From a virus: 64,000 nt of DNA. The translations under genes and the position numbers were made by a program. Below, piece by piece: positions 37,200 to 46,674 of this stretch. The notes under the pieces are model-generated. The model was not told where the DNA came from. It searched no databases and saw nothing but the letters and a program-made list of their open reading frames with translations. Location of the stretch: positions 10,633 to 74,632 of IMG/VR virus record IMGVR_UViG_3300020406_000005, one strand, 5' to 3'. Every line of letters begins with the position of its first letter. Position 1 is the first letter of the stretch.

Positions 37200-38576
37200 T
37201 TATTTATTACCTCCTTGTTTCTTAAACACCGCATACTTCTCCTTTAGAGATGTTAGTCTCTCCGCAGAAGTTTTTTGGATTATGTCATTTACACTTTCTC
37301 CTGTTTTTTGCAAAACCTTAATTTTCACATTACTGGTATCCATAAAGATTGGATACACCAATCCATCTGGGCCGTTTCGGTTCTTGGCGACGAAAATACG
37401 GCCTTGGTTTGTATTTTTATCTTCGACGGTTCTAGAAACCGTAAAGATGAAATCAGCTACAAAACATTTGTTAAATGCCTCAGAAATTGACTCCATTGTT
37501 ATCACTTCCGCATTCAACCCAGATCTGTTTGTTTGGGATGCTGTCCAGAGTGGACACTCGCAAATTTGAGCTATTCCTCTAAGCTCTTCGTAAATAGTTT
37601 CTAGCTGATGCCTTTTCTCATCTTTTCTGCTATTTTCTGGTCGAATTAGATCTCCGTAGTCAACAATGATCATATCTGGAGTGAAATCTCGGCGTTTTAG
37701 CTTCTCAAGGTGATTTTTGATTGTTTGAATATTTGCACTTCTGGTGGGATATTCTTTTACTATTAGTCTGCCGGAAATCTCCCTGATCTCGTCATAAATT
37801 TTTTCTTTAAAAATAGATAAATTTTTTAATTCAACTCCTGTAATGCAAGAATCATATCTACTAGCAACAACGGTATCTGAAAGCTCTAGAGTATAATGGA
37901 GTACATTTTTTCCAGACTTTACTGCTTGGGCACCTAGGTGGACAAGAACCATTGATTTACCTGCGCCCGTTGGGGCGACTACAACCCCAAGTTCTCCCTT
38001 GCCTAGGCCTCCCTTAGCAATATCATCTATATCTTTCCACCCGGTGGTTATTGGATCTCTCGCCTTAACCAAAAATCTTTTTTCGAAATCAGTTAAATAA
38101 TCATAGCCCAAAGTATTATCACTACCTAACTTGAGGGCATTATCTATAACTTTAGAGACCTCGTCAAAGGATGAAGATTTTATTAAATCTACAGATTTAA
38201 TTAAGGCTTCTTTTAGTTTTTGCTTTTTACAAAAATCAAGAGCAGTGTCTTTAATATATTCTGAACTATCTGGTGTTTCCCCGTTTGCAAGGACACGGGC
38301 GTAATACTCCCTGATTCTAACTTTAACTGATTCCTGTTCTGCATCCAGACCTGATCGTATGATTGAACGCATAATATTAGATGTGGGGTGGACTCCATAT
38401 TTTTTTCTATATTCCTTTATTTTTGTGACAAAAACCTTCAGATGCTTAAGTTCCAGAAAGTTAACATCCAAAACCTCAAACATCTGATCAGCGAAGGGCC
38501 TATCATTTAAAATTAAATGACACAAATCTTCTTGAAAAGTTTTCCCAAATTTTGAAAAGCTTTTTTCTTGCTCCAT
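37200..38576 (-). CDS. replicative DnaB-family helicase (gp41-like)
   Basis: APTGAGKS, YTLE, IVDYGD, TASQTNR, KNRNG. Confidence 0.93.
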   Translation of the reverse strand: MEQEKSFSKFGKTFQEDLCHLILNDRPFADQMFEVLDVNFLELKHLKVFVTKIKEYRKKYGVHPTSNIMRSIIRSGLDAEQESVKVRIREYYARVLANGETPDSSEYIKDTALDFCKKQKLKEALIKSVDLIKSSSFDEVSKVIDNALKLGSDNTLGYDYLTDFEKRFLVKARDPITTGWKDIDDIAKGGLGKGELGVVVAPTGAGKSMVLVHLGAQAVKSGKNVLHYTLELSDTVVASRYDSCITGVELKNLSIFKEKIYDEIREISGRLIVKEYPTRSANIQTIKNHLEKLKRRDFTPDMIIVDYGDLIRPENSRKDEKRHQLETIYEELRGIAQICECPLWTASQTNRSGLNAEVITMESISEAFNKCFVADFIFTVSRTVEDKNTNQGRIFVAKNRNGPDGLVYPIFMDTSNVKIKVLQKTGESVNDIIQKTSAERLTSLKEKYAVFKKQGGNK

Positions 38577-38611
38577 TCGACTTCCTTTTATTTAGAGTAT
38601 AATATCATATT

Positions 38612-39574
38612 TTACCGAGAAAAGGAAGTGATGATGCTATTAAATCTTTGTTCCAAATCCACCGTTGCCACCGTAAGCACACCGTCTTGAAGCATTAGCT
38701 TTCTTATCTCTGTTTGGTTATAGTGTGGCTCATAACTTTCAAATGTTTCATCAATACCCTGTTTTGCCTGTATGGATAACATGGGGGATGATAACTGCAT
38801 AATATTATAATTACTCTCTATCAACTCCTGATTATCAATAATATTAGAAAAAACTTTTTGTTTATTTTCCGGTTTCTCACATTCACCAATAATATCAGAT
38901 AAGTAGTAAGTTTTCTCTTCTTTTAAGAAAGAAAATCGTTTTGACACCGTTTCAAGCCCAACCCTAGGTACACCGGGCAAGTTGTCCGAAGAATCTCCAA
39001 CAATCGCTCTTGCTAGAGCAAAATTAGTAGGATGAATACCAAATTTTTCTACGATACTGTTCTTGTTAAGATATTCTTTTTGAATAGGTCGATGAAGTAT
39101 GGTTTTATCATCTAAAAGTTGAATAAAGTCTTTATCCGCAGAGACAATCACTTTTTGCCACTCTGAAAACATAGGGCTGCTCTTGACATATGAAATTACG
39201 TCGTCTGCTTCAACTAGTGGCTCCATAAACTGAATAACTGGGGTTTGATTGAAATATTCAATTACTCTCATTTGTTGCCACACTTTATTATCCATGACTT
39301 CCTCGTCTGCCATGCCAACCTGGGACCAGTTAGTTCGAGGTGGCTTGCGGCCGCCTTTGTATGATTTATTCATAGAACGACGCTTTTTGCTGCCGCCTTT
39401 GCCATCCCAGACCAAAACCAAAAGGTCTGGCTTCACTTCTCTAGTGAGCTTATTTAAAATATTGATAAACGTGCGAATACCGCCGATAGGGGAGCCGTTT
39501 GGGTTCTTGCTAGGGTCTACTATGTATCCACGAATAAACTGGTTATACGCGTCTACTATCATCATTCTCTTCAT
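38612..39574 (-). CDS. 5'-3' exonuclease / flap endonuclease
   Basis: IVD, WDG, YKGGR, EADD, SADKDFIQL, GDSSDNLPGV. Confidence 0.93.
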   Translation of the reverse strand: MKRMMIVDAYNQFIRGYIVDPSKNPNGSPIGGIRTFINILNKLTREVKPDLLVLVWDGKGGSKKRRSMNKSYKGGRKPPRTNWSQVGMADEEVMDNKVWQQMRVIEYFNQTPVIQFMEPLVEADDVISYVKSSPMFSEWQKVIVSADKDFIQLLDDKTILHRPIQKEYLNKNSIVEKFGIHPTNFALARAIVGDSSDNLPGVPRVGLETVSKRFSFLKEEKTYYLSDIIGECEKPENKQKVFSNIIDNQELIESNYNIMQLSSPMLSIQAKQGIDETFESYEPHYNQTEIRKLMLQDGVLTVATVDLEQRFNSIITSFSR

Positions 39575-39575
39575 T

Positions 39576-39683
39576 TTAGTTTCTCTTCCATTTGTGTAGG
39601 GCCAAACCAATAATTAACATAGCAATTGCACTATAAATAAATTCTGGGTCTGTAAGTATTCCATCAAACATATCATTTCTCAT
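39576..39683 (-). CDS. putative 35-aa membrane peptide
   Basis: MRNDMFDGILTDPEFIYSAIAMLIIGLALHKWKRN; stop abuts next start. Confidence 0.45.
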   Translation of the reverse strand: MRNDMFDGILTDPEFIYSAIAMLIIGLALHKWKRN

Positions 39684-39689
39684 TTAGTT

Positions 39690-39718
39690 AAAAAAAAGCC
39701 CGGCATAGAGCCGGGCTT
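39690..39718 (-). terminator. intrinsic terminator after recA
   Basis: AAGCCCGGC/GCCGGGCTT stem plus U-tract. Confidence 0.85.
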
Positions 39719-39728
39719 GTGTAAGCGA

Positions 39729-40862
39729 CTATTCTGTCGGCGGGACATCGTCCGCGTCGTAGAAGTCGTCTGCTTTGCCTTCTCTATTCTTGAACTTCAT
39801 GATAACATCTTCTTCAATAATAGTCAAGACACTTTCTCTGAACTTTTCACTCTCAAGTTTAGTGACCCATTGTTTGCGCTGGAACTTTTCCTTAGACCCA
39901 TCATTGTGGATTAGCGTAAACCATGCACCAGACTGTTCAAGTCTTTCAGAGATTTGGATTGCATCGAACCAGCTTTCTTCATCTTGGACACCAACAGCAT
40001 CATCACCCCATAGGATCTTAAAGTTACAGGTTCGGCCGTGAGTCCCAAAACGAGACTTTTCCAGCTTTACCTTTACTTCAGATCCAATGCGGAAACCATT
40101 GTCATCTACGATGAAACTAGCTTTGGCTTTTCTTGCGGTGAGCCACACACGAAGAGAATAAGCATAAATCATAGCCTTTCCTCCAGGAGTTGTGTATGGT
40201 TCAGTCATAGCCTGCGCTGGTGTTCTTGCCCCTAGGTTAGTCTTCAGCTGATTGAGGACTAGGAAAGTGGCGTTCGCGTCAGCGATAGGGATAGTTAATT
40301 TAGACATTCCCTTGGCTAGGATTCTAGGCTTTACTGCCATAGAAGACTGAGGGTTGAAGTCGCCTTCAACATCAGAAATCGATGGGGTAAGAGCCAAAGA
40401 GTCCCAAATGAAAAGCCATTTGTTACCAGTAGCTAGCAATTCTTCGATGGTTTCCAGGACAAACTCAACAGATGCTGCTTGTACATACATAAGTCTATCC
40501 AAATCGCAGCCGGCGCGCTCCATAAAAGAAGGGTCAATAGCTGACTCTGAATCAAAGTACACTACATCAATACCCATCTTTTGAGCGTTGCCGGCTATTT
40601 GGGCAGCCAAGAAAGACTTGCCAGTGCCAGGGAGTCCAGCAATTTCTGAAATTTTACCCACAGGGATACCAGCGTGTCTGCCTTTGCAAATAATTGCGTC
40701 AAGCCATTTAGAGCCAGTAGGGATCCACTCATTCACCTCTGTTGGGTTGTTATCTTGAAGACTGTGTGCTACTTCTCTTCCAGCTTTTTTATTTATAATA
40801 CCTCTAATTGAAGCGATATCTAAAGCGCCTTTTTTTAGCTTAGTCACCTTTGTTTTTGGCAT
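39729..40862 (-). CDS. recA: RecA/UvsX recombinase
   Basis: IPTGS, GLPGTGKS, FDSE, WDS, LNQ, TPGGKA. Confidence 0.93.
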   Translation of the reverse strand: MPKTKVTKLKKGALDIASIRGIINKKAGREVAHSLQDNNPTEVNEWIPTGSKWLDAIICKGRHAGIPVGKISEIAGLPGTGKSFLAAQIAGNAQKMGIDVVYFDSESAIDPSFMERAGCDLDRLMYVQAASVEFVLETIEELLATGNKWLFIWDSLALTPSISDVEGDFNPQSSMAVKPRILAKGMSKLTIPIADANATFLVLNQLKTNLGARTPAQAMTEPYTTPGGKAMIYAYSLRVWLTARKAKASFIVDDNGFRIGSEVKVKLEKSRFGTHGRTCNFKILWGDDAVGVQDEESWFDAIQISERLEQSGAWFTLIHNDGSKEKFQRKQWVTKLESEKFRESVLTIIEEDVIMKFKNREGKADDFYDADDVPPTE

Positions 40863-40872
40863 AATAAATATC

Positions 40873-41628
40873 TCACTGATTCAGCAGTTCGTTGAAGGCA
40901 TCTTCAACGGAGCTGGAAGAATTATCGGCTTCAGTGTTACTTCCGAACTTTTCTACATCAGGCCTGCTTGTGTCGGAAGATAGGTGTTGATCCATTATTG
41001 ATTGAACCTCCTCTGTTGTTTTTCTTTCAAAGATTTCATCAAAATTTGGAATTGTTTCTAGAAGCTCTGCGCATCTTTCATCTCCACCAACTGCATCGTC
41101 GCACAAGACTGTCTTTCTTGGGCGGGGGCGAATGTCGGTTCGGGGAAAGCTTGCTCCGGGAAGCTTGCCATACATCAATTTGAGATCGTTACCGGTCTCA
41201 GGGTCTGTAATATCCCCATAGTCAGGGTCTAGCACAATTGTTAACAGTTTTTCATATGCCATCTTGCCGTACCCCCATACTCTGATGCCTTCGGCTTCCT
41301 CTCCGCGAACTAAAACTGGTGAGAAAAACCTTTGCTTTGCAAACATATCTTTTGCTTGCCTTTTGCTCTCTTCCGTCCCTTCGTTCCATAACTTATTGGC
41401 AAAATTACATGCTGGGCAGTCATCCCCAAAATTCCTCTTCGGGCAAAGAAAAGATTGCCCCCCAACTCCATAATGGAAATACTTCTCCTTAAAAGGATCA
41501 CCGTCAGGTGTTGAAACAATACGGATATTGCTTTCCCCTTCCTCTGGGCGCCAGAAATTCTTTTTTCCATCTCCCTTTCCATTAAGTTTGTTTAACTTCG
41601 CTTTCATTGCGTCTAAATTAAGTGCCAT
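40873..41628 (-). CDS. single-stranded DNA-binding protein (gp32-like)
   Basis: FWRP, H...C...CPAC zinc site, DITDPETG, acidic tail; adjacent to recA. Confidence 0.8.
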   Translation of the reverse strand: MALNLDAMKAKLNKLNGKGDGKKNFWRPEEGESNIRIVSTPDGDPFKEKYFHYGVGGQSFLCPKRNFGDDCPACNFANKLWNEGTEESKRQAKDMFAKQRFFSPVLVRGEEAEGIRVWGYGKMAYEKLLTIVLDPDYGDITDPETGNDLKLMYGKLPGASFPRTDIRPRPRKTVLCDDAVGGDERCAELLETIPNFDEIFERKTTEEVQSIMDQHLSSDTSRPDVEKFGSNTEADNSSSSVEDAFNELLNQ

Positions 41629-41672
41629 TATTAATACCTCCTATTGGTTTGTTGTTTTTTTGCACACTTTTG

Positions 41673-41705
41673 GCTATAGCAGGTCGGCAAATATCCCGAC
41701 CAACT
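41673..41705 (-). promoter_or_regulatory. 33-nt leader element, copy 1 (hairpin plus GCTATAGC)
   Basis: 31/33 identical to 43535-43567. Confidence 0.8.
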
Positions 41706-41711
41706 GAATAC

Positions 41712-41740
41712 ATAATATCAAATTATTTTAATTTTGTCAA
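41712..41740 (-). promoter_or_regulatory. sigma70-like promoter for ssb-recA
   Basis: TTGACA-17 nt-TATTAT. Confidence 0.75.
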
Positions 41741-43488
41741 GCAGCTTTTTCGGGGCGGTTTGAAGTTTTCCTCTTTTTGGATAACTCGGTATTTGCAACT
41801 ATTTCAACATAAGTTTCCCCAAACTGCTGGATCTCGTTAAAAATTTCTTCGTCAGTTTTGCCGTGGCAACTAGAACCTAGAAGCCACGCTGATGCGGTAG
41901 TGAAAACCTCTGCGACAAGCGGGGGCTGCGCATCCAGTAAATTTGCAACAAATTTGTGGGCTCGATTTACTTGAATAACCATTTGCGGTGGTGAACATGA
42001 CATATCAATGGTTTTACTCCAAGGCGTGTACCTTGATTCAGGTGCATTGATAATTTCAAACTTCGGCAAGTTTGAATTCCTTATGTCGGATGATGTTGAC
42101 TTGTTAATCTCCCCTGTTCTTCCAACATAAGACTCTTTTCTGCTGGAAGTGGTTTTAGTTTCGAAATCTCTGGCTTTTGGAATTGTTTTCCCTTGGTCTG
42201 ACTTTGATTTTCGAGTATTTGAAAACGTGGAAGCTACGCCCTCCTTGATATGAGTAAGTTCTGCTTGCTCAACCTGATTGGTATTCTTCTTATTTTGACT
42301 AAACATTGCAGCCGCTGTTACATTTGTTCGTATTTCTTTTTGAAAAGCCGCAGCGAATTCGTCGGAAAGAATGACTTCTGTCTTCTCTTGATTTACCTTA
42401 AGATGAGGATGGTGGTCTCCATCATAAGATAATTCTACAAAAAGAGATCTTTTGTGAGTGTCCCAAATCCAAACGTTCGACCCAGTAGTGCACTGAACTC
42501 TCTTTCCATTTCGAATAAATGAAATGCCTTGTGGCATCTTACTCCTAAACCCTGATCCCCATGGGTCACTTTCATCACGGTTTTTCCACTCCATGAACTG
42601 AGAAATCCTCAGCCCACAGTCGATTCCAAGTATTTTGACCTTTTCAAAATTAAAATTCCTACCTCCTCTGTACCATGTCACTAGGCTCGGGTTTACTGAA
42701 TAGTCCAAAGAATCCAAAATTGGATCAGCCCAGCTAGTGAAACTTGCTGTCTTTGTTTCTTGAAACGTGTCATGTTTTGAATTATGTGTCCAAAATTCAA
42801 AACTAAGCTCAACATTTGATTTAGACAATCTCTGTAACTTCTGTGCGTAATTAATTCTGATCGACTTAGCAATAGCCTGCCATGCTGCATATGTCTGCTT
42901 TGGAAAACGATTGGCGCCGTCCTGTATAAAAATGCCCATCCCAGAAGCTGCTTCGCTACCGACGAACTGTTTCAACGTTTTTAGTTTTGCCGTAAAATCA
43001 TCACACGAACTATGCTCATGGGAGATGTAATAGGTCCATGGAGGATCACTCGTTTCACAGGTTTCTAGGTCGAACATGGCTAAGCTAGCGAGTTCACCCT
43101 TAAATGAAACAGCCGTCACTTTGCACTGGTCCTCTTTTCCAACTAAGTAAAGAGCTGCCGAGGTTGCGCCGGCGCCGAAGGTGCCATGTGCCCGCTTGAG
43201 CCCTGACTCTTTAGTCCCTGATTTGCCTAGTGCCACTATATCTGCGATTTCGCGGCCGACTGCTCCTCTACCGGAATCAACTATAATTAAATTATCTCCT
43301 TCGCGGATGAAGCAGATCTTAAATTCTTTTCTAGCTGGATCCTCTTCCATCGCACGAAGTATGGAATCAATTGAGTTGTCAATGTACTCATCAATAGCGG
43401 GCCCATAGCCGCTATATGTTTTTGTTTTAAATGTTTGCAAAATATTTGCACTAGGATATAAAATCTCCCTTGTGTAATTTTCTTTCAT
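41737..43488 (-). CDS. GHKL (MORC-type) ATPase
   Basis: AIDEYIDNSID, DSGRG, GTFGAGA. Confidence 0.8.
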   Translation of the reverse strand: MKENYTREILYPSANILQTFKTKTYSGYGPAIDEYIDNSIDSILRAMEEDPARKEFKICFIREGDNLIIVDSGRGAVGREIADIVALGKSGTKESGLKRAHGTFGAGATSAALYLVGKEDQCKVTAVSFKGELASLAMFDLETCETSDPPWTYYISHEHSSCDDFTAKLKTLKQFVGSEAASGMGIFIQDGANRFPKQTYAAWQAIAKSIRINYAQKLQRLSKSNVELSFEFWTHNSKHDTFQETKTASFTSWADPILDSLDYSVNPSLVTWYRGGRNFNFEKVKILGIDCGLRISQFMEWKNRDESDPWGSGFRSKMPQGISFIRNGKRVQCTTGSNVWIWDTHKRSLFVELSYDGDHHPHLKVNQEKTEVILSDEFAAAFQKEIRTNVTAAAMFSQNKKNTNQVEQAELTHIKEGVASTFSNTRKSKSDQGKTIPKARDFETKTTSSRKESYVGRTGEINKSTSSDIRNSNLPKFEIINAPESRYTPWSKTIDMSCSPPQMVIQVNRAHKFVANLLDAQPPLVAEVFTTASAWLLGSSCHGKTDEEIFNEIQQFGETYVEIVANTELSKKRKTSNRPEKAA

Positions 43489-43534
43489 ATTAATCTTTAC
43501 TCCTTTTAAATTTTAGATTATTTTTTTGCTTTTT

Positions 43535-43567
43535 GCTATAGCAGGTCGACAAATATCTCGACCAACT
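43535..43567 (-). promoter_or_regulatory. 33-nt leader element, copy 2
   Basis: Compensatory pair relative to copy 1; preceded by TTGACG-17 nt-TATATT (43574-43602). Confidence 0.8.
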
Positions 43568-43579
43568 TTTTATAATATA

Positions 43580-44446
43580 TCAGACTTCTGCTTCTTCGTC
43601 AAGAGCAATTTTTTGAATTTTTGGTGAAAAATATTCGGCATAAACGTAATCATTTTCATAATTGGTAGAATATATGCCAAAACTAACTTTTGTATTATTT
43701 GTAATTTTACTTTTTATATTATTGGTAATAGTTCTAAATAGATTATGCTCAGTTTTGAGCTTTTCTTCGTTTATACCATAATAATAAACTATTTCTGCCT
43801 CGCTTGTCAACGGAAAAAATAATTTATCTTCCCCGTTGATTTCAGATATGCCGATCGTTGTTATTTTACATGATTCTTTTGGAATTTTAAAAGTTGAAGT
43901 TACAGGCTTGTTGTTCCTAAAAACGTCCATCATATAATAAGTGCTTGTAAAAACTGAATTAATTTGATTGTAATATTCATAGACATTTGTATCTCCCGCG
44001 AGGCTCTCTAGTTCAAGATTTGAAACTAAACAAATCTTTTGGAACAGGCCTGAGCGTGCATAATTCTGCAACACACCTCTTGTTGTGCGCTCAAGTAAGG
44101 TCTTAGTATCAGATAGGACCTCCACTTCTGGCATAAAATAAACAATGTCCATTATAACTCCCTGCTTATGAAGCTTTTCTAATGCGCGAAGAGTTATCCC
44201 GGTTGATTCACAGGCGCCGCATAAAAATACGCTTGCCTGGTCCTTGATTTTAGATAACCAAGAATGAAGCTTTTTCATATCCATGTTTTCGTATTCTTCT
44301 GGATTTGTCGCCACTTCAAGACTAAACTTATACTTAGTTGTTTTTTCTATTTCGTTAGAAATGTAATAAGAGGCATAAGAATCGTACTTAGACAACTGAC
44401 TGACAACGTTGCAGCCGGCAGTGCCAATACCCAATAAGTTCTTCAA
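43580..44446 (-). CDS. divergent tubulin/FtsZ-family protein
   Basis: LLGIGTAGCNVV N-terminus; LVSN...Y...IN; degenerate GGGTGS signature. Confidence 0.65.
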   Translation of the reverse strand: MKNLLGIGTAGCNVVSQLSKYDSYASYYISNEIEKTTKYKFSLEVATNPEEYENMDMKKLHSWLSKIKDQASVFLCGACESTGITLRALEKLHKQGVIMDIVYFMPEVEVLSDTKTLLERTTRGVLQNYARSGLFQKICLVSNLELESLAGDTNVYEYYNQINSVFTSTYYMMDVFRNNKPVTSTFKIPKESCKITTIGISEINGEDKLFFPLTSEAEIVYYYGINEEKLKTEHNLFRTITNNIKSKITNNTKVSFGIYSTNYENDYVYAEYFSPKIQKIALDEEAEV

Positions 44447-45567
44447 ATCTCGACTTCCTTCATTTCTAAAAAATTTCTCCCTATTTTAGATGATGTTAGA
44501 AAAGAGCCCCAGCGAGTCTTTTCGAAGATTTGCTTAACCTCGCTTAAGAGAGCTACATCATCACGGGAGACATCTAGAATTATTGAATCATGCAGCAAAA
44601 ATGCAATTTTACTTTCTCTGCTTTTTAAAAATTTTTGTATTTTATATGAATTTTCTATAACCATATCAGATGTGGTTGATTGTGTCAAGTAATTTAATGC
44701 TTTTTTTTCTTCTACTATCATCTCGCGCCCAAAGGGAGTTTTTATAACTCCGTCAACATAATAATCTCTATATATATTTTTATTGTAGATTTTTTCTAAC
44801 TTACTATCCTTAGCCTCTGGGTTATAAAGCCAGGCAAAAAACCTCTCTTTGGCCTGTTGTCTAGTAGTGTCTTTTAACTTCAAGACCTGCATATTAAAGT
44901 TGTGTATGTCTTCATCTGGCTGCTTTGAATTGGCTAGTGCCAATAGCATTCTAATTTCTGCCGCATTATAGTCAAATTCGACAAAAAGATCATTACTTGG
45001 GTAAAGATGCTGTCTGTCTTCCTTCTTTAAATTTAAAATTGGAAGAGTTTTTGGCCTAGTAGACAATCTACCTGTTGATGTTCCAAAAATATTATAATTT
45101 ATATTCCTTCTTTTGTTTCTAAAAATAATTTGTTGATTACGAATTGTGGCACAAAGAACATGAGCTTTATGGAGTATATCATAATCACTTGGCTTTTTTA
45201 CGTTAGCATATACATTTTCCAGAGCGTCGAGCTTGCAAGAAAAATATTTTTCTAGCTTACTTTTTGGAAAAAGATCAAAAAAACACTCGCCTCTCAAGTC
45301 TATTTTAGCTAACGAGGCTGCTCTTTCTTGCGCTCTAATGTTAGCAATACAATCTCGATACTGCTTTGGGTTCGGTGAATATTTCTCTATATCCTCTTCC
45401 TTTGCGAAGAGATAAAGATATGTAAAGCTTGAATCATCAAAAAATTTAGAATGTTTCCACGCAATATTAAAATTTCTATAAAAGTCAGGCTCTGGTTCGA
45501 TCACTAGCTTATTTTTGTAGAAAGCTCCACGGCAGTTATCTCTAACGTCCAGTGTTTGTAATATCAA
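44443..45567 (-). CDS. minimal family-A DNA polymerase
   Basis: TSTGRLS, DYNAAEIR (motif A), RQQAK...Y (B), TPFGR, NYLTQS, HDS (C). Confidence 0.8.
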   Translation of the reverse strand: MILQTLDVRDNCRGAFYKNKLVIEPEPDFYRNFNIAWKHSKFFDDSSFTYLYLFAKEEDIEKYSPNPKQYRDCIANIRAQERAASLAKIDLRGECFFDLFPKSKLEKYFSCKLDALENVYANVKKPSDYDILHKAHVLCATIRNQQIIFRNKRRNINYNIFGTSTGRLSTRPKTLPILNLKKEDRQHLYPSNDLFVEFDYNAAEIRMLLALANSKQPDEDIHNFNMQVLKLKDTTRQQAKERFFAWLYNPEAKDSKLEKIYNKNIYRDYYVDGVIKTPFGREMIVEEKKALNYLTQSTTSDMVIENSYKIQKFLKSRESKIAFLLHDSIILDVSRDDVALLSEVKQIFEKTRWGSFLTSSKIGRNFLEMKEVEI

Positions 45568-46674
45568 CTATACTCTCCTAGTTATTGTTCTTATTACATC
45601 GGAGCAAAATTTGTTTACATATGAAATAGCTCCATAATTAGAGTTTAACCCATATCCGTTGTAAATGTCAAGGACTTTTGATTCTATTTCCACAAAATAA
45701 TCTGTCTTTTTATATTCTCTCGGGAAGAGGCCAAGTTCTCTAAACCTATGAATCAATAAACATTCCAACCACTTACGCATCTCTACGGAAGAAAAATCTA
45801 CAGATATACTTGGCAGCCCAATACTGGCATGGTATTGTATATACAAAAGTTCGTAGAACCTCTTAATTGCCCAGAGATCGTCGTAGCCAATTTTTAAAGT
45901 CAAAACATCAGAATAAAACCCGGCGAAATCACTGAGTGGTCGATTGTTCAAAATATTATCCTGAGCGATAGGTGAGTTTAAGTCTACCGCTATTCTCCAT
46001 GGACAATTTAGATCAACCTTGAATCCAAATTTTTGTGCAGTCTCAGCAAAACAATAAAAATTAGGATCTATTACTAAATCTACCTTTAGCTGGTCTAAGT
46101 TGGGAGAAAAATTTTTTCCAAGATCTACATATAGTCCAGTGTTATAGACGGTTGAAAAATTTGATAAAGCATATCCGGACTTAGACAATGGGGTGGCAAA
46201 AAAGTTTTGTCTAAAAAATATTTCGTTCAAAAGGTTTACAAAAACAGGAAAAGATAAACTTTGATTAAGTCCCTCACTGACCATAAATCCACTCAACTCT
46301 AAGCCAACGCCTCGGGTGAAAGAATTATAGGAGTCGTCAAAATTTGTAAAACTTTTGGAAGGGAGAAGATCAGATATCAAAGTGGGGGCTTCAAGATTAG
46401 ACCCCTCCTGGAATGCTGCCCTAAAATTATTGAACATTGAAACGGTAAAGTTTAGACCAGTTGCAAGACCAGCGTACTGCCCAAAAAGCACAGTATTTGG
46501 TACGGGGACTATAGGTTCATAGTTATTATTTACAAATCCATATAGCTTCTTATCATATAAGGTATTTAAAAAATCAATATCTTGACTGTTTATGTATTGC
46601 AGATACTTTTGTCTTTCAGAGTATTCTGTCCTTAAATTTTCTGACTGGCCGCCCCTAAAATTATGTGTACTCAT
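45568..46674 (-). CDS. hypothetical protein (tail/baseplate region)
   Basis: 368-aa ORF at end of tail operon. Confidence 0.6.
   Translation of the reverse strand: MSTHNFRGGQSENLRTEYSERQKYLQYINSQDIDFLNTLYDKKLYGFVNNNYEPIVPVPNTVLFGQYAGLATGLNFTVSMFNNFRAAFQEGSNLEAPTLISDLLPSKSFTNFDDSYNSFTRGVGLELSGFMVSEGLNQSLSFPVFVNLLNEIFFRQNFFATPLSKSGYALSNFSTVYNTGLYVDLGKNFSPNLDQLKVDLVIDPNFYCFAETAQKFGFKVDLNCPWRIAVDLNSPIAQDNILNNRPLSDFAGFYSDVLTLKIGYDDLWAIKRFYELLYIQYHASIGLPSISVDFSSVEMRKWLECLLIHRFRELGLFPREYKKTDYFVEIESKVLDIYNGYGLNSNYGAISYVNKFCSDVIRTITRRV

Noticed and set aside
26513-38576. Inteins or introns in dnaE, nrdJ or helicase
   Set aside because: ORFs are continuous, of ordinary length, and show no splice-junction or homing-endonuclease motifs.
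43580-44446. Calling this PhuZ and the phage nucleus-forming
   Set aside because: Signature motif is degenerate and no chimallin or multisubunit RNAP gene is recognisable here.
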